The translations under genes and the position numbers were made by a program. A stretch of 60,304 nucleotides of DNA, filler included, from Catajapyx aquilonaris (Eukaryota), in the NCBI GenBank assembly GCA_000934665.2. It is 3 parts of 3 records of this genome, joined end to end, with 100 filler letters (N's around TTAATTAATTAA, not from the genome) between each part and the next. Parts side by side here need not be neighbours in the genome. Positions count along the whole stretch, not along the records: positions 20,163 to 40,182 come from JYFJ02006342.1; positions 40,283 to 60,304 come from KZ539517.1; 1 more part is not named here. The stretch is one strand, 5' to 3'. Positions 27,859-40,502 of the stretch are shown here, piece by piece. The notes under the pieces were generated by a model. It was not told where the DNA came from, did no database searches, and saw nothing but the letters and a program-made list of their open reading frames with translations. How positions within the stretch are numbered: position 1 is the stretch's first letter; each line of letters starts with the position of its first letter.

Positions 27859-30036
27859 CTGGCAGGCAAAACACAACACATCGTTAGTTACCATTTCAGG
27901 AAAACTGTTAATGGACCTAGTAATGTATGCTTCCTGTGTCACCCTTTTCACCAATTCCTTTGCAACTGTGCAAGAAGTGCATCAGACTTGTAAAATTGGT
28001 TACATAGAAGTCTGAATTGGGCTGAAAAATCTCTCGCTCCTGTATCCATTCCTGATGGCATGATGCAGTGGCAACCACCCTTTCCTGCCCACAGTTTCAT
28101 TAGATTCACAGCCTGCCTCCATCAGCACCCAATACTTGTCACATGTGAGTGAGGCTGACAGCCTGGCATCTGCCTTGCAAGGACTCACCTTAAAAACAAA
28201 GAGTTAATCTGAACCCAAATGCCTTGTTTCGATCCCAAGGAAAGTGGCTTCCAACTCACTCATTACTAATAACATGCATCCCTACTGTCACTTCCTCTGA
28301 TGAACAAAATAACTCCTACCATCATGTCTTTTTTGGAATTGATGCTGTCCCAAAAGGTACAAGGCAGCTTATTGTTGTGCTTTTGTCACTTGCTATTCAG
28401 TGTTGATTTTCCAGGAGCTTCGAATCTTTGTAGATGTTCAAGTAGATTATGACTGAGCCATTGATGTAGTCCCAGCATTGCTCGGCTTTGTGAATGGGAT
28501 GGAATCAACTCATACGTGCGATGATTCATTATCAGGCCATTACCATCTCAATAAGACAGCTAACTACTGGGGATTCATAAACCACAAGTGAAACAGTGCC
28601 ATTCTAGTACGTATGTTCTTAACCCAGCTTGGGCCCTTTCAGAAAATAGTCAAGTCAATGTTGCCAAACATCAGAAAGTTCTTGAGCATATTCGGTAGAG
28701 GTAGACACTTTCTGCAGAGCATGTACTGTTGATCAGGACCCCAATACTTGTGACAGGTGAGTGCGGATGACAGCCCAGCACCACAGCCTCACAGGGAATC
28801 GCCATAAAAACAAAGAGTAACTCTTAACCCTGATGCCTTGGTTTTTATAACAAGAATGCCAGGAAGAAATCACACAAGCTATTATAGAGAATTATTTTTC
28901 TCAGCATAGTACTGAACCATATAAGTTCACGGAAGACCCGGAGAATATGACCATGAGTAGTGAAGCATAATGTCTTCTAGTAGCATGAGCCATCATAAGG
29001 GTCAGTTTAAAATTTTAACGGATCTGAAACTCCTCCACATATATACTGTAGCCTACAACTAGCCATAAGCGTCAAGAATGTCGTCGTCAAAATGACCACA
29101 TCCAGGTTCAAATCGTATAAAATCTGCCACCAGGTGCATCATGAACTGCCCTTACAAGCAGCAAACCATCAGTATTTCACTCATTGCAAAGTGAAACATT
29201 AACAGCATAAGTTGCCTGCAGTTGAATACAGTTCCACTTGCAGTGTTCCATTATCGCAACCCAGCAGTTCAAAAAATGTGAAGCTTTGTATTTGTTCTAC
29301 AACAGGAGGAATGCCAGGCAACAAGGGTCATTATTCTGAGGTTCTTCTAAAAGGAATTAATGGAAGCCAAATGGGTTGCCCTTAGCAAAGAAAAATGTAA
29401 GGCGTCAATCACACACCTGAAAAAATTAGCTGCCATGTCCATGGGTTGGAACAGAAGTTGTGGGACATAATTTTTATTTGGAACACCGCCTTCATTTCTA
29501 ACGACACAAACTCTCTGCAGTTATCGCAATGGCTTGGCATCTGTAGATTCAACCAACCGCAGCGCCACTGATCGAAAATATTCAGAAAAAAATCAGAAAG
29601 TTCCTAAAGGCAAGATTATACAATTTTCCTTACACTGAGAATTGCGCTGAATCTATGCTAATGAAGTGATGTTTAGTGATACCTGCCGTAAATGTTGCTG
29701 GCATGTTTGTACTGTTTCATGTAGTTAGACCTATTATGGTTGGAACTGTACTGAACATGTGCAGACTTTTTTTCTCAGTTTCTTCTGGAACAGTAGGCCT
29801 ACATTATAACAATTATTTACATCGTATTAGGGATTATACTGTATGTACAGTACTCTAGAAATGATTTAAGGATGTGCGCAGGCTATGTGCAAATACTATT
29901 ACATTTTATGCAAGGCTTCAGCATCCGAGGATTCTGACAATCCTGAGGGGACCTGGAAACAATCCCCCAAGGATGTTTCAGCTCCCTACGAATACTGTCA
30001 TTCAGCTCAGCTCGTCAAGTAGATTCAGGTGGCATA

Positions 30037-30393
30037 CAGTGGAGCATTGATTATCCGAACACCGATCAACCGAACCATCGCATCAGTTAACCGAACATTT
30101 TTGGGTTGGCAAAAAAAACGAGCGTCGGCTCTCAAGCAAAAAAAATTGGCCTTTTTCCCCCTTAAACTGTAGGACTACTTCATGTAAGGACAGTAAGGTA
30201 TATGTACAGTATTTTTAAGACGTGCCTGTGACAGAAAATATACAGTTTTGTGGTTAATATCACTGTTTCTTATTTTCATACTGCTCCTATGACACCGGTA
30301 CAATTTTTTTTCCGTAAATGATTGGTTATCAGAACAATCAGTTATCCTAACACCCCATGGGAAGACTCTGTTCGGATAATCTATGCTCCACTG
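30037..30393. mobile_element. pogo/Tigger-like MITE
   Basis: TA-CAGTGGAGCATTGATTATCCGAAC...GTTCGGATAATCTATGCTCCACTG-TA. Confidence 0.85.
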
Positions 30394-30928
30394 TATATAG
30401 AAATCTTGAAATTTAGGGAAGGGCTAAAGTGCACCCTTACCTACAGGTTCGGTACAGTACACACATCCTAATAATTATTAATAACCTTTGATTGAAATTA
30501 TTTTAAATAATGGCACTCAAATGATAGATAATGATTCACCTGCAAAAAATGGAGCACATTAACTGTATCGTGAGAGGTAGTCTACATCTGCTCCTGCTTG
30601 CACAATGAGCCACACTATTTTTTTTCTTTTTGACATGCTTCTATCAACCCATCTCCCATTAACGATACTCGTGTATTCCCTGAAACAAATAAAGACAAAA
30701 TAGCAAAAATTTGGCATCAAACTCCTGCCAGTGTAAGCTGCCAGTAAGACAGTAACACCATTTACAGTGAGCCTGCATACTTCCTTAAACTAAAAAATGT
30801 CAGCATTGTAGTAGGCTACTCACTTTTATGAGGGCAAGTTTTAATTCATGTCATGCAATAATAACTTGCACAAAGTAGCCAAGAATTCAGTGTTGTAATA
30901 GCCATGCAGGATGAGTATGGATGAACTA

Positions 30929-31427
30929 TAATAATAATAATGCAACAACAACAACAACATCACGACATTTCCCTATGAGGGGTAGTCAGTGATGACGGGA
31001 GACGCAAGCTAACCCAACATATGAACTAATAAAACATGAGAATAAACCTAAAAACGATCCGTCCCACCCCTGCCCACCTCAGACATATTTACCTATTTAC
31101 CCATTAATTAACCTATGCCATTTACACCTATCCAAGCAAACAACCCTAGCCTCGTCAGCCACGTCCATGGTCCTATTGACACAAGAACGTCTCGACTTAA
31201 CACTAGCAACACCCTTAAGACACTGACCCACCTGGTCCAACCATGTCTTCCTAGGCCTACCCTTGCCCCTCTTACCAACTACTCCACCCAAATAAACCTT
31301 CTTCACAATCTCCTCCTCCTTCATCCTCTCCACATGGCCAAACCACCTTAGAGTAGACCTACACACTACCTTATCTTTAACAGTCTCCTTAACATTACAC
31401 CTCTGCAAAATCTCCTCATTAAATATA

Positions 31428-31489
<62 letters not shown>

Positions 31490-31818
31490 GTCCAGGGTAG
31501 TGCTTGACCTCATCTGAGGTATGCAGCACGGACCTCTATTTTATTATGTCAAGTACATTGGAACCTTTATACGTAACGCCCCGGCCCACGGGCAGGATGA
31601 CAGGAGGGGATGTGCAAGGTCTAGTGCAATGTCTTATCTGTGGACATTTTTAGTGAACTCCCCCGGGTGGTTTAGTCTGTGGAAATACCACACGAGACGA
31701 AGCCAGAGGTGACCCTGAACTCTGCACGAGATGAAGGGGGTGTCCCCGGGTTGGGATCGAACCGGGGACCTTAACATCCGTGGGCGCATACGTTACCTCA
31801 GCACCACTCCGCCTCCCC
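30929..31818 (-). mobile_element. Chimeric retro-insertion: full tRNA-SINE (31818 to ~31425) followed by an RTE-type LINE 3' end (~31425 to 30929)
   Basis: One 17-bp TSD TGAGTATGGATGAACTA (30912-30928 and 31819-31835); RTE ORF tail LRWFGHVERM..KVY.G.V.GKRGKGRPRKTWLDQV. Confidence 0.82.
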
Positions 31819-31928
31819 TGAGTATGGATGAACTAGCACCTTAGCTGGTAGCACTCCTTTCTTTGAAAGATTCAAAATGACACTCCCCTTTCGAAACAAG
31901 TTTGCAATGTGTTGCATTATAAAATTAG

Positions 31929-32263
31929 GGGGAGGTGTGGTGGCCGAGATGGTAACGTCTCGGCTTGCTGAGGGAAAGGCCCCAGGTTCGATCCCCGCCT
32001 GGAGAACTTTCCCTTCAGGAGGGTCTCTGACCGGCACCAAGGAGGTGTCTGGCAACCTAACCTCCTGGGGAACAGCACATGACCCATTAGCTACGACATT
32101 GCACCTTGCACCCATGTTCCCTCCCCAAAAATCCCTATCCTTTCCCCTTGTCCCTGTTTCCTTGCACCGGAGAATGAAGTGAAAATATATACAGAAAACT
32201 GATGGTGGTATGCCACCCGTAAGGGTCATCACGGGGTAAAATAATAATAATTAATTAATAAAA
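31929..32263 (+). mobile_element. tRNA-derived SINE, family A
   Basis: Homologous to the 15669 copy; TSD TTATAAAATTAGG. Confidence 0.88.
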
Positions 32264-33059
32264 TTATAAAATTAGGCCCACATTTCACGGGTGCAACAAA
32301 GGAACTTCCAGTCAGGTAGGTAGCAATGGCGCAACATACTGCTGGAAAATATCAGACCAAAGGCTCAGAATTTAGAATTTAGAATTTAGAATTGAATGTA
32401 ATTATTATGGTGCACTGAGATGAAATGAGTTTTTGAAATTAGAATATTTGAAGCCTGGGTTAAGTGAGAATGAGGCCATTGATGGATGAACATTGTTTGT
32501 GTAGAAAAAAAAGGAAATTGGGATGAGCAATAATGGGGAAGAGTCTTTATGGCCAGGGGAGTTATGTTGGGAATCGATCGAAAAATGCAAGAACTGATAA
32601 TTCTCACTTGCACTGTGCTCTCGTTGCATCGAAAAAAATTAATTTGGGAGAACTTGAGTTCTGCCTTTTTGCGAGAAATGTGTGCGGCGTTAAAGGTGAT
32701 AATGAAACGAAGTTCATGGAAGAAAGTAATTTGGTGTTATGTGGCATAGCCTACCTTTTTTGGCTGGGTTTTATTCTAAAGATTTAATCATTGCGTTTTG
32801 TTCAATGAGATTTATTAATGGGTTTAGTTTCTTTTTGATTGTCTTTTCTATTGGTCTTACTGTCTGTTATTTTCTTTCCATTTAGTGAGGATCATAATGA
32901 GTAATGGAAATTATGCTTTACATGCATGAATGCATGATGTTTTCATGAAGACATGCCATGATAAATGTTCAGAACCAAGTTCCTGAAGAAAAGGGCATGT
33001 GTCAAGGACAGAAAATAATGGGAGATTCTGATATTTTTGGAAATTATGATTATAATAAT

Positions 33060-33347
33060 TATAATATTTAATAATTCATACCCCGTTATCAGCCTATCGG
33101 CTCTTTAGGGGGGAAGTTTTGTTTTGCCCGGAACTCTTTGCTTTCATTTTACTGCCCTTTTTGGGATAGGATAGGGACGGGAGGAAGCGGCTGTGGCCTA
33201 TTAATTACGGAAACAACTCCGGAATTTTCCTGGAAGGACCGTGGGAAACCACAGAAAACCACGGTCAGAGTTGCCGGCCCCGGGATTTGATCCCAGGACC
33301 TCCCGATTAGCAGTCGGACACCATATCCCCTACTCCAAACTGCTTCG
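33060..33347 (-). mobile_element. tRNA-derived SINE, family D
   Basis: Homologous to 50460-50630; TSD GGAAATTATGATTAT. Confidence 0.8.
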
Positions 33348-33380
33348 GTGGAAATTATGATTATTGAATTATTGGTACAT

Positions 33381-33670
33381 AGGGGGGCGTGGTGGTGTAG
33401 TGTCTATGCTAGGCTATTGGCCAGCCAAGCGGGAAGTCTGAGATTCAAATCCCGTCCCTGTCACCTTTGCTTGGTAGCACCTTTTTCTGCTTTTCACCGG
33501 ACATGTCCGGGCAGACTTGCACTCCCTTCTCTGCCCAGGTCCAAGAGAAAAGGTCTGCTATTTAAGAGGGTCCGAAATGACTGGAAGCTTTCTATCTAAG
33601 ATCTTTATTTTTGTTGGGAACCTCCCCTCCCCCAAGAGGGCCCTGCCTTAACACGAGGTTAAAAAAATAT
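33381..33670 (+). mobile_element. tRNA-derived SINE, family B
   Basis: Homologous to the 23382 copy; TSD TATTGGTAC; stem-loop tail. Confidence 0.78.
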
Positions 33671-36600
33671 TGGTACGTAAGTTTTTTTCCGATCTCTCTT
33701 TTTTTTAAAGCTGAGTTCACAACCTAAAACATCTTGGTTCACTATCTTGTCTATTTAGTAGTTACATGTATTTACTATAATTGTAGCGATTTTTTCATGC
33801 ATGTTTTTATTCACTATTTTGTAGGCCTATTTGATATTTTTCAACTTCAAATTTGACCTGGGAGAATGTTTCTGTTAATTTGGATTGTTTTATTATGTAG
33901 TATAGCCTACTTGAATGTGACTTGGGATATGAACTTTCCATAACCGTCAATTGAATCTTTAATGTTACATCGTTTAGATTATTAATTGTTGGTTCCGTAT
34001 ACAAAGAACAAAATAGAGGTGAAGGCCAAAATTTATATTCTTGTAATTAGGAAAATTTGAGGAGCCAACTGTGCAGTTGCTTGGCGTGATACAACATGCG
34101 TGTTGTAAGTTTTTTTGTATTACATGGTGATAGTAATATAACGACCTCATGCAAACACTGTGCACATCTCCAAGTGATTGTTGCTTGTATCATATTTGAA
34201 TTTGTGAACTAATTCAGGATTTTGTGACGAGAAAAAGCGTCTTACTTAAATACATATGACTTGTCTCATGCGGCATAGCACATCTTCATTGAAAATTTAT
34301 TTTACAATATATTGGAGCACCAATTAGTTTGATTGGTTGTACGAGGGCAGACAAGGTGCATAATAATTATCCCATGTTTATAGCCTATCATGTAGAAGAA
34401 GATTTTAAACTTCCCTGGATTACTTTTTTTAAATATATAATTTTATTTGTATTACCCCATTCGAGGGCAGGAGCACTTCAAGAATGACTTGTTCACATTT
34501 GATGATTTTGTATTCTCATTCTAATGTATTCTAAATAAGTACGGAAAACCTAATGGGGGTCCATCTGAGCATAGGTAACTGGAATATTACTCACCTTATC
34601 AGCCATTTAGCCAGCTTTTTTCTTGGACAACTCTTTGTAACCTTTCCCTATTATGAATCTTGCCAACAGATTCCAGCATCTCTATGGTTACTGCCATTAT
34701 TGGCATAACAGACGGGTGGAAGAGCATTTAAAAAAATGATTTACAACTTTACTGAGGTGTTTCTATTATATATAATTTTATATTGGATTTTGCCTGGCCG
34801 GATGCGAATGATAAATTTTCCATAATTTTTGGAACAATGTACCGCGAATTTTTATGAAGGGGTGATAGGAGTTATTTTGAGTATGCATGGAGAATATTGG
34901 CTATAATAGTTGGGAATTCTCTTTGTTTCCGGCATTTGTGTAAATTAATAATATTGTTGAACCATGCACATCTCCAATCTAATTTAAAGTTGCAATCATT
35001 TGTGTCTACGGTGTCGAGCCATGGGAGGACAACGTTGCCATGAGTTGTCCCGTATGCACAAATGGCGAATCTAGTTTTGTTGATTTGTTAAAAACTGAAT
35101 ATTGTTTGACATCATACTTTTTGGAACTATACTGCATTTTCACTTCTATTTTTGCTACCACGCTTAGTGCAATTTGCTGTTGTTAATTTCATTTACAGTA
35201 TTTGGATGATTGACCAGGTGATTGACTATGAGAATCCATGTTGTTCGCCCTGCCCCAATATTTTATGGGGTAACCCTTATCCACTTCATTTTTTTGTTTG
35301 TGCATGTGTGTGCGTTGCCTGTTCCTGTGTACTTTGATGTCTTGGTGTGAACTATTTTGGACACTCAATTTTTTTAAGATGACAACCATTTGATTGTCCT
35401 CCTGTGTGACTCATTGCCCAAATGAACTTCATGTGGTCCTTAGTTGGCATAGTGCCCACCGGCCTGTAGTGGCTGATAGTGATTGTTTGGGTGCATCTAC
35501 GTGTGTGAACTTCACTATGTGGACAGGCCTCAGTCGGCGGTCTGAACTTTGCCCTTGGGTTGTCCGTGATCCAGGTGGGTCACCATCTTTGAGCGGCCCG
35601 GGGGAGTGTCACATACATCACCCTTAGTCAGGGCATGGGGTGGAAGCCACACATGAATTATACATACTTGTGTATGGTATACATGAGTTAGACTGATGGG
35701 CAGACAAACAGGAGGAGAAGAAACAAGCCAGAGGAAGGAGAAACAAGAGAGGCAGGCTGCCGGATTGGTCTGGAGCTGGAGTGAGGACCAGAAGGATGAC
35801 CATAGGAGAGTGATGGGAAGTCCTGGGCATCAGAGTGGACAGGGCAGGAAGCGCATATAATTATGTAGGCCTATCACTTAGAATTAGGAATTAAATGAGA
35901 AAATCCAATAAAGTGAGTAGTTATTTGGGGGGAGATCCCTATGAGAACTGGAGATCCCTTACCTCATATTAAGCCTTTAGGAGGCGATGGATGGATGGGA
36001 GTAATTAAACGGTAACCATATATGCTGGAACGTGACGGTAAGATAGTTGTGCACATTATTTTTATTTTACTGCATGGCAAGTTGCAACACACTGTTGATT
36101 GACACGATGAACTGTGGAACCACAGGCAGGATCTCTCTCCCATCATGCTCCAACATGCCATGTATGCTCTGGTGAGCTAAAAACTCGATTGCAACATAAC
36201 AATGTGGTAGTGCATGCAACTACTCCAACAACCAAATGATGAGGGGCACCTTATTCTCCAGGCCATCTTGTGTCCCTTAAAGGTATGCAGCAGCCCAATT
36301 TCTAGTTGTTATTTCTCACAGTCATACTGTTAATCTCTGGGCTTCCGTAGTCGGGAATTAATTGCACAATCACTTGTAAGATGTCCTTATAAAAAGAGGG
36401 GAAGGCCTTGGTCAATGGAAGTCCCTAATTGGCTAATGTATGACAGATGGAAGCGGGAGGAATGACTTGAACAGACAACCACCAGAACTGACGAGAATCT
36501 TACAGAACGGCGACAAAAAGGTGTAAATAGCGGGCACTAATATACCATAATAATGGCATATAGGTTCCAACGCCCGAAACATGCAATGTTACTTTAGGTT

Positions 36601-37662
36601 GTATCATAAATATATTAACTATATTAATATATTAACTACTATTTTTGAAGTCCTTTTGTTATAAAACGAATATAGATATTTTGGTTATCTCCCTACATAA
36701 TGAAAGTATACCAAATCTAGAAGTCCGATCTTTACTTATATCCTATATTAGAAAGTACACTTTTGAAAGCAAAATGAAGGACACTAATGTGTCCAAGAAA
36801 ATGGCTGACTATTAACAATGATCTGTCCTACAAGTAAATATTTTTGTTTCTGTAAAGCTATCCATTAACCCTTGTACTGTTGACTCCAGATGTAACAGCC
36901 TCCAAGGGGTTATTCACTTACATTTTTTGCATACATGGACTACCCCTCGGACTACCCACGAAGGTGTACACAGACTACCCTTAGTGAATAACCCCTCGAC
37001 AGCCTCCGCTATAAGAGACTGGGTTATTCTCCTCGATCCCCGCGTATTGCTTGCAATACACATGTTTCCAATTTAATTTACGGCGCATTATCAAAGGCAG
37101 CTCCCGGAAAAAGTGATTACATCCATATTAAACTTGACCAATCCTTCAAATACTCAGCATTGATAACAGAAATATTACTATACTTGCAATTGCATACTTG
37201 TCCACATAAATGATAAATAAAAATCATCCCAATTATGCAACAAAATGCGGTAAATCAGGCATTTTATTTTCATTCCTACTTCATCATTAATAATTTCATG
37301 TTGGGCACTTGACTAGGAGTTCAAGTAGCAGAACGGTATGCATATACATGCAAGATTCACAGGCAATTAGCCTGTAAACATATGCCACAGCGGGGACTGG
37401 AATATAAGATGTCAACAGAATGATGTACAAATAAGCATCTTCTCGTGATATCAAATACTGAGGTTCAATAAATTATTCTGCCTCAACAAACAATGATTTG
37501 TTTCAGGAAATTTTTTATTGAAGTTTGTTATGATTGTAGTGAGAAGTTTGCGGACCTTGAGTATCTTCCTCATAGCCTGTAGAGCAATCTTCTACACTTT
37601 ACCCCTGTACCCCAAGTATGTAACTTGCAGACTGCAGTACTGTAGTTGTTGCAGGTGAAAAA

Positions 37663-38435
37663 TTACTTTTGGCATGAATTGCATTGGCCGTAATAATTGC
37701 GATCCACTACTTCGTCCGCAATGGCCATCCTGACTCGCATGTAGAACCACAGCAAGCATCCGGACAGCACTCCGACGGATGGACCCACCAGACCGCCAAT
37801 GCCCTCTCCCAGGATGTGGGTTCCGACGAAGTAGCCAATGCAGGTGAGGGACACCAGGAGCATCAGGTAGCACATCTGGACGCACACTTTCTTCCCAGTG
37901 CAGGGCAGGAATCCAACTTTGTGCAAAGCTCGGACTGGGACGTCCGGGTCATGGATGCAGATCCGAGCTCTTTGCGTGATGAACGGCCTGGAGGCTGGAG
38001 GCTCGGCCTGTTGGGTTCCAGCGTTGTCCTGGAAAGCTACAAAAATGTCGTAACCGATAAGTATATGCACTTAACAAGAAATTAATTGCAGCCCCAGTGA
38101 GTAATGAACATTGCACTCACACTTTGTCTTTAGCAGGGCCATCTCGGTTGGGTTTGACTTCTTGATCAGCATCCCAGCGTTTTGGGTGGAGCTCATCTTC
38201 AGCTTTGCGTTCTGACCAGGCTTGACGGACTGCTCCATTGAGATGTGTTTCGCCGAAACTTGCAAGTAAGCAGGAATTGTTTGCGCCTGATTGTACCACT
38301 ACGTCCTGACTGCGTGCTGATAGCACAAGTCTGGAGAGACAATTGACCTTAACGCCTGGGAAAGAATTTGTCTGGCGGGTGAGCTCATCAGATGTGGCTG
38401 GTTCGGATGATAAAAATCCAGTGGCTTCTACTTTT
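37663..38435 (-). CDS. 3' part of an unidentified membrane protein gene (exons ~38435-38123 and 38028-37663) with two C-terminal TM helices
   Basis: Open frame of ~105 codons joined in phase 0 (AAA|GTGTGA ... TTTCCAG|GAC) to a 121-codon terminal exon containing VCVQMCYLMLLVSLTCIGYFVG and GIGGLVGPSVGVLSGCLLWFYM; 5' boundary unclear. Confidence 0.6.
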
Positions 38436-38505
38436 TACAACAGGACTGAGTCAAGTCTAATTTTTTCCCTTATTCAGGTTACATCCTTCAATCCTCTGCC
38501 ATGTA

Positions 38506-38975
38506 CAGGGTGATCCAAAAGTTCTGGACACATAGGTAATAACATTGTTGGTTGACGTTCTGGTCAACCAACAATATGATATTATTGGGGAGGTGTGGTG
38601 GCCGTGATGGTAACGTCACGGCTTGCTGAGTGAAAGACCCCAGGTTCAATCCCCGCCTGGGGAACTTTCCTTTCACCTGCGTCGGGAGGGTCTCTGACCT
38701 GCACCAAGGAGGTGTCTGGCAACCTAACCTCCTGGGGGACAGCACATGACCCATGTTGTAGACAATGCACTTGCACCCCATGTTCCCTCCCCAAAAAATC
38801 CCTACCCCTACCCTACATCCTTGACTCCTTGCACCGGTGACTGAAGAAAAATGACAGAGAAAACTGATGGTGGTGTGCCACCCCCCAAATAGGCCATTGA
38901 TGCCTGGCACGGGGTAAATTAAAAAATATATATATATATTATTACCTATGTGTCCAGAACTTTTGGGTCACCCTG
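38506..38975. mobile_element. Tc1/mariner MITE with a nested family-A SINE (38587 to ~38935)
   Basis: TA-CAGGGTGATCCAAAAGTTCTGGACACATAGGTAATA...TATTACCTATGTGTCCAGAACTTTTGGGTCACCCTG-TA. Confidence 0.88.
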
Positions 38976-39435
38976 TACTACAATGTGTCGATAATGTTAT
39001 GCTATTTTTGCAGAATTTTTCCAGCTGTTACAGTGTACAACTTCGTGGATAGCGCAAACATTGTTCAAGGCCTCTTCCACTGAAAACGCTAGTCGCATGG
39101 TGCAATTCTTGGTAATGACACACATGCGGATACCAAAGATGTGGGTGATGTGTTGTTCGTTCCAGCTGACATCTCTCAGTGGTACTGGAGTAGCATGCTT
39201 CACATTACTTGATAGCTCATGTCTCTTAATTACACTGGCAATGAGCAATGAGAATGAGAATGTCTTGGTCTACACCAAGAACATAGTGTTTTAGTTATAT
39301 CATGTCTACTGGAGAGATGCCATGACCGCTTCAAGTTGATCATTATTAAAGTGAAGTCAAGGTTTTAGGATTTGTAAATGAATTATGATGATATGAGAGA
39401 TTAGATGCTTCTAAGATTTTAAAATATACCGTATA

Positions 39436-40100
39436 TGAGGGGGTGAAAATCAAAAACCGACAGCTCCAAAAACCAAAAAAAATGAGTTAGCGCCGGAAAT
39501 GCATTCCTCATGCCATGGAGTACATAATACCTGAATATGGTATTTAAAACCCTACAACAAAGCCGTCAAATTCAGGGGTGAAAAGCGACCTCCGTAACAA
39601 AAACCGCCAGCTCCATCCCCACTCCCAGAAAATCACAGATCAAAAACCGCCAGCTCCCACGAAACTAAAGCTGACATGGGAGACAGTACATACTGCGAAG
39701 CTCGTACGGATAACGACGGTGCGAATGAGATGCGCATTTAACAGAACACCTTGCGTAATGTAATGGAACGTTGGTATGTAAGCGTGGAATAAACTTAAAC
39801 ATTTACACGCCAGATAAACCTGTGTTTCATGTTTCCCTCACTCAATTTTGCATCAAAAAGCGCCAACTCCAGCCTGTTGCAAATCAAAAACCAGCCAGTG
39901 GCGGAATGGACGGTCCACAGCTCCTTGGGTAATGGCGGATGATTTCATAATAACTTACCAATGGTTGAGTTGCTAGTAAAGGAATCTATAGCCGCTACAT
40001 TCAGGTGTCTACGTTGACATACGGCGAAACTGTAGGTTTTTCTCGTTTTTCTCCGTTACGTTTATGACGGAGCTGTCAGTTTTTTATTTTCACCCCCTCA
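39436..40100. mobile_element. mariner-like MITE
   Basis: TA-TGAGGGGGTGAAAATCAAAAACCGACAGCTCC...GGAGCTGTCAGTTTTTTATTTTCACCCCCTCA-TA. Confidence 0.82.
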
Positions 40101-40115
40101 TATGATGACTATCTT

Positions 40116-40182
40116 GGGAGGTGTGGTGGCCGAGATGGTAATGTCTCTGCTTGCTGAGTGAAAGGTCCAGGTTCAATCCCCG
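40116..40182 (+). mobile_element. Family-A SINE head cut by the segment end
   Basis: GGGAGGTGTGGTGGCCGAGATGG...GGTTCAATCCCCG. Confidence 0.8.
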
Positions 40183-40282
40183 NNNNNNNNNNNNNNNNNN
40201 NNNNNNNNNNNNNNNNNNNNNNNNNNTTAATTAATTAANNNNNNNNNNNNNNNNNNNNNNNNNNNNNNNNNNNNNNNNNNNN
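40183..40282. other. Artificial spacer (44N-TTAATTAATTAA-44N)
   Basis: Identical to 20063-20162. Confidence 0.95.
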
Positions 40283-40502
40283 TTGATGCAACAGAGTGAT
40301 GGAATGTATGTTTACAGGCCTGGGCTAGCTAGTTATGAACAAAAATCCCAAATCCCAGACCAAGGCTAGTTCCCCATTGTAAGGATAAACAGAGGGGATC
40401 TGAAGTGATGAAAAGCATTCAATAAAATGCTAAGTGTCTATCCACAAGAAATCAGTATGCAACTAGAATTCACCTAAACTGCAGCAATGCTACAAAATAA
40501 TA

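Larger units (their letters stand above)
23590..30720. pseudogene. Two decayed, oppositely oriented copies of a multi-exon ankyrin-repeat gene
   Basis: Minus strand: approximate reading LIEAC..IVWLIVQAGADVD (~30570-30660) and VLMEAGCESNETVGRKGWLPLHHAIRNG (~28050-28130). Plus strand: LIEQAGTDVD and LPLHLAVRNG. Remnant splice sites; many stops and frameshifts. Confidence 0.55.
22514..32356. repeat. ~10-kb rearranged inverted duplication
   Basis: Reverse-complement block pairs: 22514-22790 with 30780-30928+31820-31927+32265-32356; 23555-23725 with 30530-30720; 23878-24100 with 27859-28075; 24100-24230 with 26760-26878; 24230-24505 with 25810-26105; 24630-25810 with 28240-29586. Confidence 0.88.

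Noticed and set aside
35403..35612. Possible solo LTR (TGTGAC...GTCACA)
   Set aside because: It has no TSD, PBS/PPT or second copy.
37663..38435. TM-protein exons as the missing SREBP 3' end
   Set aside because: They lie across an artificial spacer and do not resemble the conserved SREBP C-terminus.
15669..40182. tRNA genes at SINE heads (15669, 21254, 23382, 31929, 33381, 38587, 40116)
   Set aside because: They have no complete acceptor stems, and most are followed by shared bodies, tails and TSDs.
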